A stretch of DNA of 64,000 bases from Oculina patagonica. Lineage: Eukaryota. The stretch covers positions 22,010,001 through 22,074,000 of the forward strand of contig NC_135759.1 of the NCBI RefSeq assembly GCF_052425735.1. Direction: 5' to 3'. Each line of letters begins with the position of its first letter. The stretch's first letter is position 1. Under the pieces are notes generated by a model. It saw nothing but the letters and a program-made list of their open reading frames with translations. It did not search any database and was not told the DNA's origin. Below, one piece after another: positions 62,808 through 64,000 of the stretch. A program made the translations under genes and the position numbers.

Positions 62808-63771
62808 GATGCCCAACTGACGCATTGCCCTCTGGTAGAAGCAAGCTGGAATGTTTTCTATTTATTACCGATATTTAAAAACTAGAAGAAAGAAAAAATT
62901 CTGTGTAAAATTATCTTTTTAAAAACCTGTTGTTTTTTATAATATTTAAACATACTATAAGCAAGTTTTTTATCTTGCAATAATGAAGATGTGGGGAAAT
63001 GCAAAAGCCACCTTTTTTGGATTTAGACACTTAATGAAATGAGTTCTGACATTTTGGAAACCTTTCATCCCACTTCCAACAAAAAATATACTAGTTTATT
63101 GAGTATGTTGTTACAAATTTGACGGATCAGCTGGTTTGTAGCTGTCGAATTTGTTTAAATTGAATTTAAAACCTCCGCCATTAAAGTTATTTTGTACAAC
63201 ATGCCATAAGCTTTACATTTTCCCGCTCGTCTTCCTTCAAAATTCGATTGCTTCGTGATTGTATAGAAGAAATATAAATTGATAATGTTATAAAATATTT
63301 ATTAAGCTACCCTCTGTTAGAGGAATTCAAGTCCATATTGAGATTATTATTTGTTACTGATCAGGATCAGTGTATAAGTTAATCTGTTACAGATTTCCTA
63401 CGGATAATTTATAATTTATTTAACGTTGTAAGCGTGTTGTTGTTAAATTAACAATAAACGTTTGAAAAGAAAGTGATAATCTTGTCATTTTTCAGTATAT
63501 AGAAGTGTTCTACTTCCCACTTAAAAGTCTCGTCTTTCATAAGGTTAATTGTCTGAAGATCTTCTGTTAACCCTCGGCTTGCTCTCGCACAATTTTCGCG
63601 TCCTCCCAACGTGGTGCCCTGTGAACGAGATGCGCTATATTTTTCTACAAAACTTTGAATTGTATGCAAAAAGGTTTCCCAACCACTACCTTTTTACCTT
63701 TTTGCTTTTGCCTTTTCCCTATACCACTAATATAATGTTAGGAAGACAAACTGATATAATGGTCCTCCCGC

Positions 63772-64000
63772 TAGGCTTTTATAGATTGTGCTCCTAAAAG
63801 TGGCATATTATGCTACTAGCAGTGCTAAAATTTTGCCAAATATCAAAATGCCAGAACCCAATTGCTTGATTAAATAGCCAAGACGACACATAGAGGTGCG
63901 CAAGCATTTAAATTTTTGTGCATTTATCACGGCCGTCAGCGTCCAAATAGCTGCTCGCATCCTAAACCGTTTGTAAAATGCCTCCAACGACTAACAATCA
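63772..64000. mobile_element. Duplicated copy of the 56666 hAT MITE, truncated and error-rich
   Basis: Same upstream TSD CCTCCCGC; many small deletions after ~63830. Confidence 0.75.

Larger units (their letters stand above)
59540..64000 (+). repeat. Near-identical tandem duplication of ~52430-56970 (offset ~7106 bp)
   Basis: Promoter, gene, 3' UTR and the MITE insertion site are all repeated. Confidence 0.9.

Overview
AT-rich eukaryotic genomic DNA with GT-AG spliced genes. The repeat types suggest a cnidarian, probably a stony coral (inference). Hand splicing gives three gene systems, all on the + strand. (1) The 3' part of a CAP(SCP)-domain / micro-exon linker / Pro-rich hinge / trypsin fusion gene, present twice around a 500-N gap and probably an allelic false duplication. 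(2) A 12-exon, ~1063-aa secreted CAP-mucin-EGF-CAP gene (13667-28997) sharing a paralogous CAP exon with (1). (3) The highlight, largely invisible in the ORF track: a tandem cluster of three 5-exon genes (38063-47167, 53646-55701, 60752-62807) encoding ~212-aa secreted, predicted all-helical proteins. All their introns are phase 0 and fall at positions matching IL-6/G-CSF genes, making them candidate invertebrate long-chain four-helix cytokines; the second and third copies also carry a TATA box, a GAS-like site and ARE-rich 3' UTRs. Mobile DNA includes tRNA-SINEs, RTE fragments, MITEs (hAT-, Tc1/mariner-, Mutator-, Kolobok-like), a decayed Gypsy nested in a LINE inside an intron, and a Penelope-like palindromic insertion carrying a hammerhead ribozyme on each strand.
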